Shown here piece by piece: positions 9,976 to 18,893 of a stretch of DNA of 64,000 nt. Source of the DNA: Candidatus Latescibacterota bacterium (lineage in GTDB: Bacteria > Latescibacterota > UBA2968 > GCA-2709665). The notes under the pieces are model-generated. The model had not been told where the DNA came from. It ran no database searches and worked only from the letters and a program-made list of their open reading frames with translations. Made by a program: the position numbers and the translations under genes. Position 1 is the first letter of the stretch. Every line of letters starts with the position of its first letter. Location of the stretch: the NCBI GenBank assembly GCA_965219995.1, contig CBDCOX010000002.1, forward strand, positions 1,824,001 through 1,888,000, given 5' to 3'.

Positions 9976-10767
9976 TCACGAGTCCTGCGATTCCATGGCG
10001 CGCAACCCCGCGATCATCTCCGCCGAAGTGATCGAGTACTTTCCGAACATTTCCAGAAACAGGATCGCACCGCGGGTCTGCCACAACCCATCCTGCGTTT
10101 CGAACGACTCCATGCCCGTCCCGCAGTCCCGCAGGATGATGACCTCGTACCCGCGTTTGCTCATTTCGACCGTGCCGTAGTCCCTCAACAGAATACACGC
10201 GTTGGTATTGAACCCCAGAAAGAACAGAAACAGGATCCCCTCGCGCTTGCAATACCGGTGCAATTCCTCCCCGTTGTAGATGACAACCTCGCCATCTTCC
10301 ACGTGCACCAACGGATGCATCCGCCGCCTGGAACGCATTTCGACGATTTCCGGCTCTCTCGGTTCCTCGGGCCTGGCAAAGGCGGCATAAGCGCCGGTCT
10401 TGGACCTGAACTCCCGGGGCGGCCATGTTTCACCCGTACCGGTCGACTCCGACGGATCGTCGATCATTTTCACCCAGGCCGGATGATGTTCGGCCAGGCC
10501 CGGCGCAGGCGCGTGGATCAGCCGCATTCCGGCGCTGCGGCAGGCCTCGAGCAGCGGCACGATACGCGCTTCGATAATCGCGTCCGCGCGATCCGCCGGC
10601 TCTTTCAGGTAATGCTCCTCCCACACGTCCACCAGCACCAGCGCCGAATGAGAAAGCGGCACGCGCCAGTCCAAATGGTCGTAGTCCGTGTTCTTTTCCT
10701 CCCAGGGCACGCCGGGGTCCACGTGCCACCGGTAATACCGGGGCCTGATTTGCAGTTCCTTTTCCAT
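9976..10767 (-). CDS. isochorismatase family protein
   Basis: LVLVDVW, IHAP, GFNTNACI, ILRDC. Confidence 0.78.
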   Translation of the reverse strand: MEKELQIRPRYYRWHVDPGVPWEEKNTDYDHLDWRVPLSHSALVLVDVWEEHYLKEPADRADAIIEARIVPLLEACRSAGMRLIHAPAPGLAEHHPAWVKMIDDPSESTGTGETWPPREFRSKTGAYAAFARPEEPREPEIVEMRSRRRMHPLVHVEDGEVVIYNGEELHRYCKREGILFLFFLGFNTNACILLRDYGTVEMSKRGYEVIILRDCGTGMESFETQDGLWQTRGAILFLEMFGKYSITSAEMIAGLRAMESQDS

Positions 10768-10848
10768 AATTGCTCCACGGTGAAAGGACGCCGGAGAACG
10801 CGGCATCTCTCGTCTTCCTTACCAGTCGCCTGAAATTGTCTCCTGAAG

Positions 10849-11652
10849 TTACATGTCCGCCGTAAGCGTCAGGGTGTCTTTGCCTTCCAGACCGGCAACC
10901 ACCGGAAACGTCATTCGGGGAGGACCCGTCTTGCCCGGCACATACCGCACCGACGGCGGGAAATAGGCATACAGCGCGGTGTGGCGCGGAAACGGCGACG
11001 AATTCGGACCGGACCCATGAACCGTCAACGAGTGAAACAACACGGCATCGCCCGCGGCCAGCGGAACGTCGGTTTTTTCGGACAGATCCACGTCATCCCG
11101 ATCCGTCAGCGCCTCGTCCTGGCGGCGTGCGATCCGTCCCCAGGACAGAAGCCCCCACCTGTGGCTGCCGGGAAGGACCTGGATGCACCCGTTTTGCGGG
11201 CTGGCATCGGTCAGCGCAATGCTGACTGTGACCAGTGCCGGGGGTTTCATCGGCCAGTACGCGGAATCCTGGTGCAACCCATGCGACGACCCATGAAACG
11301 CCGGCTTCAGCATCAGCGTACCGCGGAACAGGAGCAGGTCGGGACCCAAAAGAGATCCGACGAGGCGAATGAGCCGCGGATGTGCGGCCAGATTTCTGAA
11401 GACCTCCGAAAAGTCCCGCGTTTGCTCGATCTTGCGCAGGACCGGCAAGCCCTTCCGTACGGCCGTATCCGCATAGGGCTCAAGTTGAAAGTGACGCGCC
11501 CCCGGATCGCCGCGGTCCTGCAGATCGACCGCCACTCGATGAAGGCGCTCGACCTCCCGCTCACACGAGGCCACCTCTTCGGCGGAAAGCAACGCCCTCG
11601 CCACGAGATAGCCGTCTTCTTCGAATCGGGTCTTCAGTGCATCCGGATCCAT
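10849..11652 (-). CDS. phytanoyl-CoA dioxygenase (PhyH) family Fe(II)/2OG oxygenase
   Basis: FEEDGYLV, HQD...H facial triad (LHQDSAYW, VHGSGPN), NGCIQVLPGSH. Confidence 0.9.
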   Translation of the reverse strand: MDPDALKTRFEEDGYLVARALLSAEEVASCEREVERLHRVAVDLQDRGDPGARHFQLEPYADTAVRKGLPVLRKIEQTRDFSEVFRNLAAHPRLIRLVGSLLGPDLLLFRGTLMLKPAFHGSSHGLHQDSAYWPMKPPALVTVSIALTDASPQNGCIQVLPGSHRWGLLSWGRIARRQDEALTDRDDVDLSEKTDVPLAAGDAVLFHSLTVHGSGPNSSPFPRHTALYAYFPPSVRYVPGKTGPPRMTFPVVAGLEGKDTLTLTADM

Positions 11653-11693
11653 CTTTACCCCGCGCAATTGGGGTTGTGGACTGCGTTAGCAAA

Positions 11694-11722
11694 ACCGTAC
11701 AAAACGAAACCGCCTCTGTCAA
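11694..11722 (-). promoter_or_regulatory. sigma70-like promoter of the catabolic operon
   Basis: TTGACA-17 nt-TACGGT on the minus strand. Confidence 0.5.
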
Positions 11723-11766
11723 ACACAAAACCATGAGGCGGTCGGAACGACGTGGTTGCAAAATGC

Positions 11767-13953
11767 TTACTTCGGATTCAGGGCAAGCCAGGATCTCAAT
11801 GCCGGCGCCTGCGGATGGTTCGGCGCAAGGTCCAGGACTCTTCTGAAGCAGGTGCGGGTTTTCTCTGCATCCCCCAACGTGTGATAGACAACCCCCAGGT
11901 TGTAATACCCCTCCGCGTAGCCGGGGTCCAGAGCCACGGCTTGCTCATAGGCCGATATCGCCCGTTGATAGTCCCCAAGGCCGTGGTACGCGTTTCCGAG
12001 ATTCGAGTGCGCCCTGGAATAATCCGGCTTCAGCGCAATCGCTTTTCGATAGGCGCCCACGGCTGCGTCGAACCGTCCCGTTCTGTAATATAAGTCGCCT
12101 AAGTTGTAAAGGGCTGCCACGAACTGCGGATTCAATCGAATCGCCGTTTCAAAACGCCCCGCCGCTTGTTCGTATTCTCTCAGGCCGAACCAGGCGTTGC
12201 CTGCCTGAAAGTGGGCTTCAGCGAAGTCCGGCTTCAGCGAAATCACCCTCTCGAAGTTGGCGATTGCCCGATTGTAGTTTCCGGTATCGAAGTGCAGGTT
12301 ACCCAGGTTGAAATATGCTTCCACGAAGTCGGGCTTCAGCTTTATCACCTTTTGAAAATATGCTGCGGCACGATCGTACCGTTTCATGTCGTAATACAGA
12401 TTGCCAAGATTGTAATAGCCACCGGAAAACTTCGGATCGACTTCAACAACCTTTTCGTACGCCCGGACCGCCTGCGCGTTCCTGCCGCGGTCCCTGTGAT
12501 AGACCGCGAGCGTTTCCCATCCGTGTGACCTGGCGTGCGCCGAAAGGAATTCACCCTCCAGTTGCCCGGAATAGCGGGCTTCCGCGGAGGAGACATTTGC
12601 GTTCGTGCCAATCCAGAACAGCGTGTGCAGAGCCGCGGCCGAACAGATCAGCACGGCGGTGTTGGGGGAAACGAGCCGATTTCGAATGTTCCTGACAACG
12701 GTAATCGCCGCCCAGAGCGTAAGGGGCAGCGCGGCAAAGGCGAATACATCCCAGTCCCGGAAAGCGCCGAGTTCGGGGTTGGCGACAACGGTAAACAGGA
12801 CCGGAAACAGCGCGGCAACCAGAACGAACTGCCGATCGGAACCCCGCATCCAACCCGTGTTCCGGCAAAGAAGCAAAACCATAAGAAATGCCGGCGCAAC
12901 GAGGACATATTGATTTACGAAGTCTGACAGCTTGCCGATTGAGAACAACCTGTAGTGCTGTTTGGGGCCGGGTACCGCAAACAGGTTCAGAATATAGAAC
13001 CCCTGTCGTTTCTGCAGATACGCGATCAGGTCAAATTGGATCAACAGAAGCGCGCCAAAGAAGACGATTCCGCTTAACAGGATGGCGAGCGCCGCATTCG
13101 CGGCCGACCGGCCGCGCGTTGCCGAACCGGAGGTCCCGCCCGCCCGGGCTCTGAGTATTGCCAACGCCAGAAGCGAGGGCGCGAGCGTCATCATCGTAAT
13201 GTGGAGCGCCATCAGCGAGCCAAGCAATGCCGCGGGCGCCCACAACGCCACCCGGCCTTCGATCGCCCGGATGCCCAGGAGCAGATAAAGCAGCATAAAC
13301 GGGAACAGAAACGCGTAATTCTCGACGTACCCGAAAAAGAGCTGCATGTACCCGGCGCCGAGCAGCAGAGCCATGATCAGAAATCGCTCGAGGACGTCCT
13401 TTCCCAGGGTCCGCGCGGCATACCTGACAGCAACCAGGTACAGGACTCCGGACGCGCAGCTGAATATCCGATACGTGGTCTCGGCGGAGTCCCAGATCGA
13501 CGCGCCTGCCCTATGGAGTCCACGGATGATCCAGAACGTCAGCGGCGCACGGTCCGTTCTCGGGACATCCGACCAGAAATCATCCAATTCGCGCATCAGC
13601 ATGATCCCGTCGCCGAGTAGATGCACGGCGGAACGCATGCCCCAGAAAACCAGAAGACCACCGAACAGCAGGAGACCCCAGGACAGTGCGGCTCGCCGGA
13701 AGCCTGCACCCTTGCCGCAGGACCGGGCGAACGCCGACGTCCAATGCCCCAGACGGTTCCGGGTGGCAAGGAAAAGCAAGGCCACGCTCAACAGAACGAA
13801 TCCCGTCCGAGGCCCGACACCCTGGAACCGAAGAAAGTCCGCACCCCAGACCGGCACGGGCTGCCAGTAGGCGAACACCATATGCAAGCCCAGGAAGAGG
13901 CCGGCCACAACGATGGGCTTACCGGATTCCATTCGGGCAGCTTTGCGTCGCAT
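11767..13953 (-). CDS. multi-pass membrane protein (GT-C glycosyltransferase-like) with C-terminal TPR array
   Basis: About a dozen hydrophobic segments, LLGDG loop motif, GYVENY, RDWD; last ~250 aa are TPRs (AYFNLG, ALYNLG, AHSNLG). Alternative start 13932. Confidence 0.75.
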   Translation of the reverse strand: MRRKAARMESGKPIVVAGLFLGLHMVFAYWQPVPVWGADFLRFQGVGPRTGFVLLSVALLFLATRNRLGHWTSAFARSCGKGAGFRRAALSWGLLLFGGLLVFWGMRSAVHLLGDGIMLMRELDDFWSDVPRTDRAPLTFWIIRGLHRAGASIWDSAETTYRIFSCASGVLYLVAVRYAARTLGKDVLERFLIMALLLGAGYMQLFFGYVENYAFLFPFMLLYLLLGIRAIEGRVALWAPAALLGSLMALHITMMTLAPSLLALAILRARAGGTSGSATRGRSAANAALAILLSGIVFFGALLLIQFDLIAYLQKRQGFYILNLFAVPGPKQHYRLFSIGKLSDFVNQYVLVAPAFLMVLLLCRNTGWMRGSDRQFVLVAALFPVLFTVVANPELGAFRDWDVFAFAALPLTLWAAITVVRNIRNRLVSPNTAVLICSAAALHTLFWIGTNANVSSAEARYSGQLEGEFLSAHARSHGWETLAVYHRDRGRNAQAVRAYEKVVEVDPKFSGGYYNLGNLYYDMKRYDRAAAYFQKVIKLKPDFVEAYFNLGNLHFDTGNYNRAIANFERVISLKPDFAEAHFQAGNAWFGLREYEQAAGRFETAIRLNPQFVAALYNLGDLYYRTGRFDAAVGAYRKAIALKPDYSRAHSNLGNAYHGLGDYQRAISAYEQAVALDPGYAEGYYNLGVVYHTLGDAEKTRTCFRRVLDLAPNHPQAPALRSWLALNPK

Positions 13954-14007
13954 ATCCGTCCATTCTCAATTCGGAGGCCGATTCATTCCTCCAACCATCT
14001 GCACTGG

Positions 14008-16557
14008 TCAGTCGCGATCGGATTCGCCCGGGCCAATCCGGGAAATCCGCCGCACGAACCACGGACCGATCAATACCGCCGCGGCGGCCAGCAACAACAC
14101 GACGTCGACAATCAGCAATGAGAATCGCAGCGGCGACAGCCTTGGCTCCAGTACGATCCGGCTCTCGCCAGGACCGAGTTTCAGCGCCACGAAGTGGCCG
14201 GCTGTCGTGAGCGGCCGCGCGTCCCCTCCGTTCACGGTAACCCGCTGGTAGGGATACGCCGTGTATGCCAGCCGCGCAAAACAGGCCGCACTGGCATGTA
14301 CGACCAGTTCGACCCGCTGATTCCAGACCCGATGGGCGAGTACCTTCACCCGTGGCGACGTACCCAGGTCTTCCGCAGGGTGTGCGCCGGCGAGAAGAAT
14401 CTGCCTGCACGTTCGGTTCCGCATATCGACGTCCATCGCCCGCAGCAGCTTCACGAAGTCGCCAAGTGCACGGGTCTGCATCCTGCGCGCTTCACGTTCA
14501 TCGACGTCCGAGCCGGACCGGGCACGCGCCCTGTCCAACTCCCGGACGGGATAGGACCATCCCGAAATCTTCGACGACACCACAACAGGACTGGCTTCAG
14601 GAAATTCCCTGTGGAAGATCCGGTCCTGCTCCGAATCGGAATACAGCAGGTGGCGGGTGTTCATGAGGAAGAGCCCAACGCGGATCAGGTCGAACCCCGG
14701 CATTTCGTTCAGGTCTGCATTCTCTTCCAGACGCTGCAGCGACAGGTGAAGCACATCCTGGAAACGCCGGACAAAGGCCGGCACAGACAGTGGGTACTGC
14801 GTGAATGTATCCAGAGGTGTCGCGAGGCCCGTCTGAAGGGCCAGCCAGGGAATGATGAAGTGGTAATAGATCTTATTCGTCGTATGGAACAGCCGGTAAC
14901 CGGGAAGCTGCCCGTCCCCATAGGCTGCAAGCTCTTCCCGGAACCGTTTGTAAACGGGACGATGCTGCAAGGGCAGCGGCTTCACAAGCGGCCAGGCGTT
15001 CGGGTCCCGCCGCAGGTCCTGCAAGGCGCGCGGGCCGATGTTCGACGCCGCGCCAGGGGCCCGGTACGGCTGCTGAAAGGTGGTCGGCCCCAGGTCCGCC
15101 AGGATCACCACGAGAATTGCCACGAAGACCCCGACGGGGCGTTTCCGTCCTGAAGCGCGCCCGGCGGCAAACAACCCCACGAGCACGGCGACGAAGAACA
15201 CCACAAACAGCAGGTACCGGGAGGCGTTCATCGCCTGCACCACCCCCACGGACTCGAGTACGGGCCAGCGGTACCCGAAGACCAGCAAAAGCGAACCGGC
15301 CAGGCAAAGGCCAACCGGAAGTCCGGCTGCGCGCACTCCCACGCGTTCGCTCCGGACAATCCGTACCAGCGCCCACAACGCAATCGCGACCAGGCTTATC
15401 CCGAGATACCCGCCATACCAGTGTTCCTGGGCCTGAAACAGCCGGAACCGGTAGTTGGACCAGAACAACAGATGCCGCCAGGTGGGCACAGGGAAATCGG
15501 ACATGTAGAACCCGGCATGAAGTCCAGTCAGTCCCCGTTCCAGGTACATTGGCACCGTTAAATAAGCCCCCAGCAACACGCCTCCCCCGAAAAGCAGCAG
15601 ACCGTGTCGAATCGAGAACGGCGTGTCTTCGCGACGGGTCATTCGGCACCTGGCGATCGCATACACCCCGAGAAACGCCGTTGCCCAGAAGCCGTAACCC
15701 GGATGGGTAACATGCAGACAGCCCAGTGCAAGGCCGCCGCCGACGCCCTGGGCCAGCCGGTTTGGATGACTTCGCAGTCCCTCCCAGAAGTAGAACGGCA
15801 ATGGCAGCAGGGCATAGAACAGCGAGAGCGGCAACCTGCCCATAATGAGGACCTGCTGCGTATGCCAGAAACTCAACACATACGCAAGCGCAGCCGCGAA
15901 ACCGGCCGGGCGCGACCCGGTCAGCCGCCGGACGAAGAGGTACGCGCCGAGCCCGGACAGGACGTGGGTGGCCCCGAGCACGAACTTGATCGACGAAAAC
16001 GGCGACTGGAAGGCCAGATTCACCAGCCCGACCAGGTAGTAGAACAGGAAGCCGTAAAACTGAAGGTAGGGCGTGCCGTTACAGAAGTAATGGGTCCAGA
16101 CGGGGACCTCGCCGTGCGACATTGACGTTGCCGCCAGCCATGCGTAGGTCACATGCAGATAGGTGTCGGCGCCATGGGCGAATTCCCCTTCAGCAAAATA
16201 AAAGCGAACCAGAATCAGGCTCCCCGCAACGAGGAGCAGGACCGTTCGCTTTTCACTTGCAAAGATATGGTCGAAAAAAACCGAAAGCCGCCGCTTGCGC
16301 CACTCCAGGAAAACCAGCAGCGATCCCACCGCAAGGATCAGAAACAGCATCGACACATCGATCGCGTTGAACTTCACAAACCGCGAAACGACAGCGAGAA
16401 ATCCCTGAAGACTCTGATACCTGAGGCCCGGTCGAAGAACGCCGAATTTATCCAGTGTCAAATACTGAAATATAATCAGCAGCCCCGCCAGCAACGCCAG
16501 CAGGGCCGACACGTCCACGGGCCATCCGGTGTTTTTGCGTCCCTCAGGCCGTTTCAA
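14008..16557 (-). CDS. multi-pass membrane protein, PTPS-related / YfhO-like GT-C glycosyltransferase candidate
   Basis: GAD..H, P.W..YFCNGTPYLQFYG N-terminal loop; many TMs; C-terminal YPYQRVTVNG...LGPGESRIVL typical of YfhO-like tails. Confidence 0.65.
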   Translation of the reverse strand: MKRPEGRKNTGWPVDVSALLALLAGLLIIFQYLTLDKFGVLRPGLRYQSLQGFLAVVSRFVKFNAIDVSMLFLILAVGSLLVFLEWRKRRLSVFFDHIFASEKRTVLLLVAGSLILVRFYFAEGEFAHGADTYLHVTYAWLAATSMSHGEVPVWTHYFCNGTPYLQFYGFLFYYLVGLVNLAFQSPFSSIKFVLGATHVLSGLGAYLFVRRLTGSRPAGFAAALAYVLSFWHTQQVLIMGRLPLSLFYALLPLPFYFWEGLRSHPNRLAQGVGGGLALGCLHVTHPGYGFWATAFLGVYAIARCRMTRREDTPFSIRHGLLLFGGGVLLGAYLTVPMYLERGLTGLHAGFYMSDFPVPTWRHLLFWSNYRFRLFQAQEHWYGGYLGISLVAIALWALVRIVRSERVGVRAAGLPVGLCLAGSLLLVFGYRWPVLESVGVVQAMNASRYLLFVVFFVAVLVGLFAAGRASGRKRPVGVFVAILVVILADLGPTTFQQPYRAPGAASNIGPRALQDLRRDPNAWPLVKPLPLQHRPVYKRFREELAAYGDGQLPGYRLFHTTNKIYYHFIIPWLALQTGLATPLDTFTQYPLSVPAFVRRFQDVLHLSLQRLEENADLNEMPGFDLIRVGLFLMNTRHLLYSDSEQDRIFHREFPEASPVVVSSKISGWSYPVRELDRARARSGSDVDEREARRMQTRALGDFVKLLRAMDVDMRNRTCRQILLAGAHPAEDLGTSPRVKVLAHRVWNQRVELVVHASAACFARLAYTAYPYQRVTVNGGDARPLTTAGHFVALKLGPGESRIVLEPRLSPLRFSLLIVDVVLLLAAAAVLIGPWFVRRISRIGPGESDRD

Positions 16558-16629
16558 ATCGTACTCCGCGTTTGTCCGCCGAGGTGAGTGGAGAACGTAA
16601 CCGGTGTTCGCCGCCTCACGACCTGGTCA

Positions 16630-17268
16630 TCATTCGAAAGATATCCCAACCCGGGCAGGGAAGAGTTGCGTACTTCCCCGCTCTCCAGTTGTAAACCCGA
16701 TCTCAAACCGCCCTTCGACAAAGAGATGCACCCGGTCCGTAAGCCGGATGTCGATGCCGGCGCCGGCGTTTATCGCAAACCCGGTCCCGGACTGCCCGTC
16801 GACGTGAATCTCAACGCCGCCGATTTCGGTACCCTGTATATCCGCTTCCGAATACGACAACAACCCCAGTCCGGCAACCGCATAGGGCACCGCCCGAACA
16901 TCCAGATCGTCCGAATCGATTGTCTTGGTGTATTTCATACTGGCGAATGCGCTGAAGAGATGTTTCTGCCCGCCGCTCGTGCTGATCAGCACCTCGAGTG
17001 CTTCGTTCTCCGCCTTGAATTTGCCCTCATCCAGTGAGAAACGTGCGTATCCCAGACGGCCCTGGACGGCCATGCTGGGGTGAATGAAAACCTCCGCTCC
17101 CGCGCCCACGCCGATGCCGGGATACCAGAATTCCGAGACGGAAATCGATGCGGGAGCGGCGATTCCCGCCGTTACGAAATAGATCGGCTTCCGCTGCGCC
17201 GTCGCGTCGCCCGCCAACCCGCCGGACAACAATTGTACTGCGACAAAAACAGGCAACACTCTCATCAT
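16630..17268 (-). CDS. outer-membrane beta-barrel (porin-like) protein
   Basis: Signal peptide, amphipathic strands (PYAVAGLG, NAGAGIDI), ends VGISFE. Confidence 0.75.
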   Translation of the reverse strand: MMRVLPVFVAVQLLSGGLAGDATAQRKPIYFVTAGIAAPASISVSEFWYPGIGVGAGAEVFIHPSMAVQGRLGYARFSLDEGKFKAENEALEVLISTSGGQKHLFSAFASMKYTKTIDSDDLDVRAVPYAVAGLGLLSYSEADIQGTEIGGVEIHVDGQSGTGFAINAGAGIDIRLTDRVHLFVEGRFEIGFTTGERGSTQLFPARVGISFE

Positions 17269-17299
17269 GGAAGTCCTCCTTGTCTCGGTAGCCGTCCGC

Positions 17300-18640
17300 C
17301 TACCGTCCAACCGCTTCCTGCAGCCTGCGCCATCCCTGCAGAATGGATGGGACCATCTGTACGGGTTGTCCGGCTTTACAGAACACGGCCCACAGCACGT
17401 CCCACACCTGCGGATGCCACTGGCACAGATCGATCCAGTCCGCACACGGCGTGCTTTCGCCTTCCTTCCGGTCCACGCGTCCGCCGATGACCGGATCATC
17501 CAGCGACCCGTTCCACATCTGATCCAGCAGGGTATGCGCGAACCGCCTCATATCGGCGTTGTTGAATACCACGCCGCGCCGGCAGGCATCGACGGCGAAT
17601 CCGATATCGATCCGCCCGTGGCTGGTATCTTCAATGGCGCTGTGCCCGTGGGCGCCGGCCTCGAACCAGTCCCAATAATACCAGGTATAGGCCCTGCCCG
17701 TCTTCCACAGGTGCCGCTTGAAATTCTTCGCCATCCGCCGCGCACGGTCTGCAAACAGCGGTTTCCGCGATACGCTCTGAAGCGACAGGTACGCCCGGGC
17801 CAGCGAGAGATATTGATTGTGCGGCATAATCCGGTTCGGAAACCGTTCCGTCATCCAGGGAGAAAACCGGTACCCGCCGGACGCGGGAGTTGAATCCACC
17901 CAGTCCCGCTCGTGCTTGTCGGCGATCTGCTTCCCGATAAAACGCAGGTACGCTCTCGCGCTGTCTCCGAATTCCGCCTTCAGCTCCGCATCCTTCAGGG
18001 CGTGCTCGACAAAGCGGCTCACGGGATGCAGAAACATCCCCTGGTGGACAATATACTCCAGCGGCTCGCCGGCGAAAACCTGGACCCAGAACCGATCTCC
18101 AGCGCGCGCCGCGCCCCGGATGCTGATCTTGAACGGCGCAAAACCGTCCAGCGTCGATCCTGGCCGAAACCGGCCGCCGGCCAACTCCCGCCGCGTTCCG
18201 TATTCCTGCACGGCGTACCGCCGCCCGGGGAGAATCTCCACCACGCGAAGCGTGTCCCGCGCCATATCCCCGCCCCGGATCACCCACACCCGTTCCTCCT
18301 CGGGCGTGATGCGCGCCGTACCCCGGTTGTGCATCGAGCCCGTTCTCACCAGCGCCACCGAGTAGGTCGGCGTGACCCAGGTCGCAACCCCGTCCGCAAA
18401 GTGGTCCTGCCTCGTGGCAATCATCCTGTCGAAGTGGCCCACGATCCTTTCCAGCCATCCTCCATCCCGTGTTGATTCGTAGAGCTTTACGTACGCATCC
18501 AGGAATCCGCTTTCACCCCACCCGAGGACCCCGGAGTCCGGGTTATCGGACTGGCCCTTGCCCTGGTTGTGCGATCGGTCATAGGCGGCGTATCGCTCGA
18601 CCAGTTCGTCGCGATCAAATGGAGCCGCGCACCCGGTCAT
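17300..18640 (-). CDS. hypothetical protein, probable (alpha/alpha)6-barrel hydrolase/lyase-like, Trp-rich
   Basis: 446-aa ORF with GGAGG RBS; WGESGFLDAY..LYESTRD..WL helix pattern, YTWYYWDW, EDTSHG. Confidence 0.6.
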   Translation of the reverse strand: MTGCAAPFDRDELVERYAAYDRSHNQGKGQSDNPDSGVLGWGESGFLDAYVKLYESTRDGGWLERIVGHFDRMIATRQDHFADGVATWVTPTYSVALVRTGSMHNRGTARITPEEERVWVIRGGDMARDTLRVVEILPGRRYAVQEYGTRRELAGGRFRPGSTLDGFAPFKISIRGAARAGDRFWVQVFAGEPLEYIVHQGMFLHPVSRFVEHALKDAELKAEFGDSARAYLRFIGKQIADKHERDWVDSTPASGGYRFSPWMTERFPNRIMPHNQYLSLARAYLSLQSVSRKPLFADRARRMAKNFKRHLWKTGRAYTWYYWDWFEAGAHGHSAIEDTSHGRIDIGFAVDACRRGVVFNNADMRRFAHTLLDQMWNGSLDDPVIGGRVDRKEGESTPCADWIDLCQWHPQVWDVLWAVFCKAGQPVQMVPSILQGWRRLQEAVGR

Positions 18641-18665
18641 AACAAACCTCCAGCCTTTCGGACAG

Positions 18666-18700
18666 AAAAAAAGCCCGCCAACCGCCTTCGGCCGCCGGGC
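18666..18700 (-). terminator. attenuator terminator (3:4 hairpin plus U7)
   Basis: GCCCG-G-CGGCCG-AAGG-CGGUUG-G-CGGGC-UUUUUUU, 25 nt before the 18640 ATG. Confidence 0.7.
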
Positions 18701-18732
18701 CCGTCATTGATAAACACAAGCAAGGACAGCGG

Positions 18733-18798
18733 TCAGTCCGCCCACCATCCGCAGGTTCGGGAGTCCGGTTGGGAAGGCGGGCGCTGAATGCTGATCAC
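18733..18798 (-). CDS. putative Trp-responsive leader peptide (TrpL-like) MISIQRPPSQPDSRTCGWWAD
   Basis: GTG start at 18798 (or in-frame ATG at 18837); tandem TGG TGG at 18747-18742; TGA at 18735-18733; followed by alternative hairpins and a terminator. Confidence 0.55.
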   Translation of the reverse strand: MISIQRPPSQPDSRTCGWWAD

Positions 18799-18893
18799 CG
18801 AGTGCTCACATTGAATTCGCGGACGCGCTACACCCATCGTCCCATACAAATATCAGCACTTTCAAGGTCGCCTCAGCCAGCCCTGAAAGCTAT

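Noticed and set aside
18673-18782. Possible 6S RNA (terminal GCCCGCC/GGCGGGC pairing, CCCACC...GGTTC)
   Set aside because: Only ~110 nt and the 5' half does not pair as in 6S; the leader-peptide attenuator explains it better
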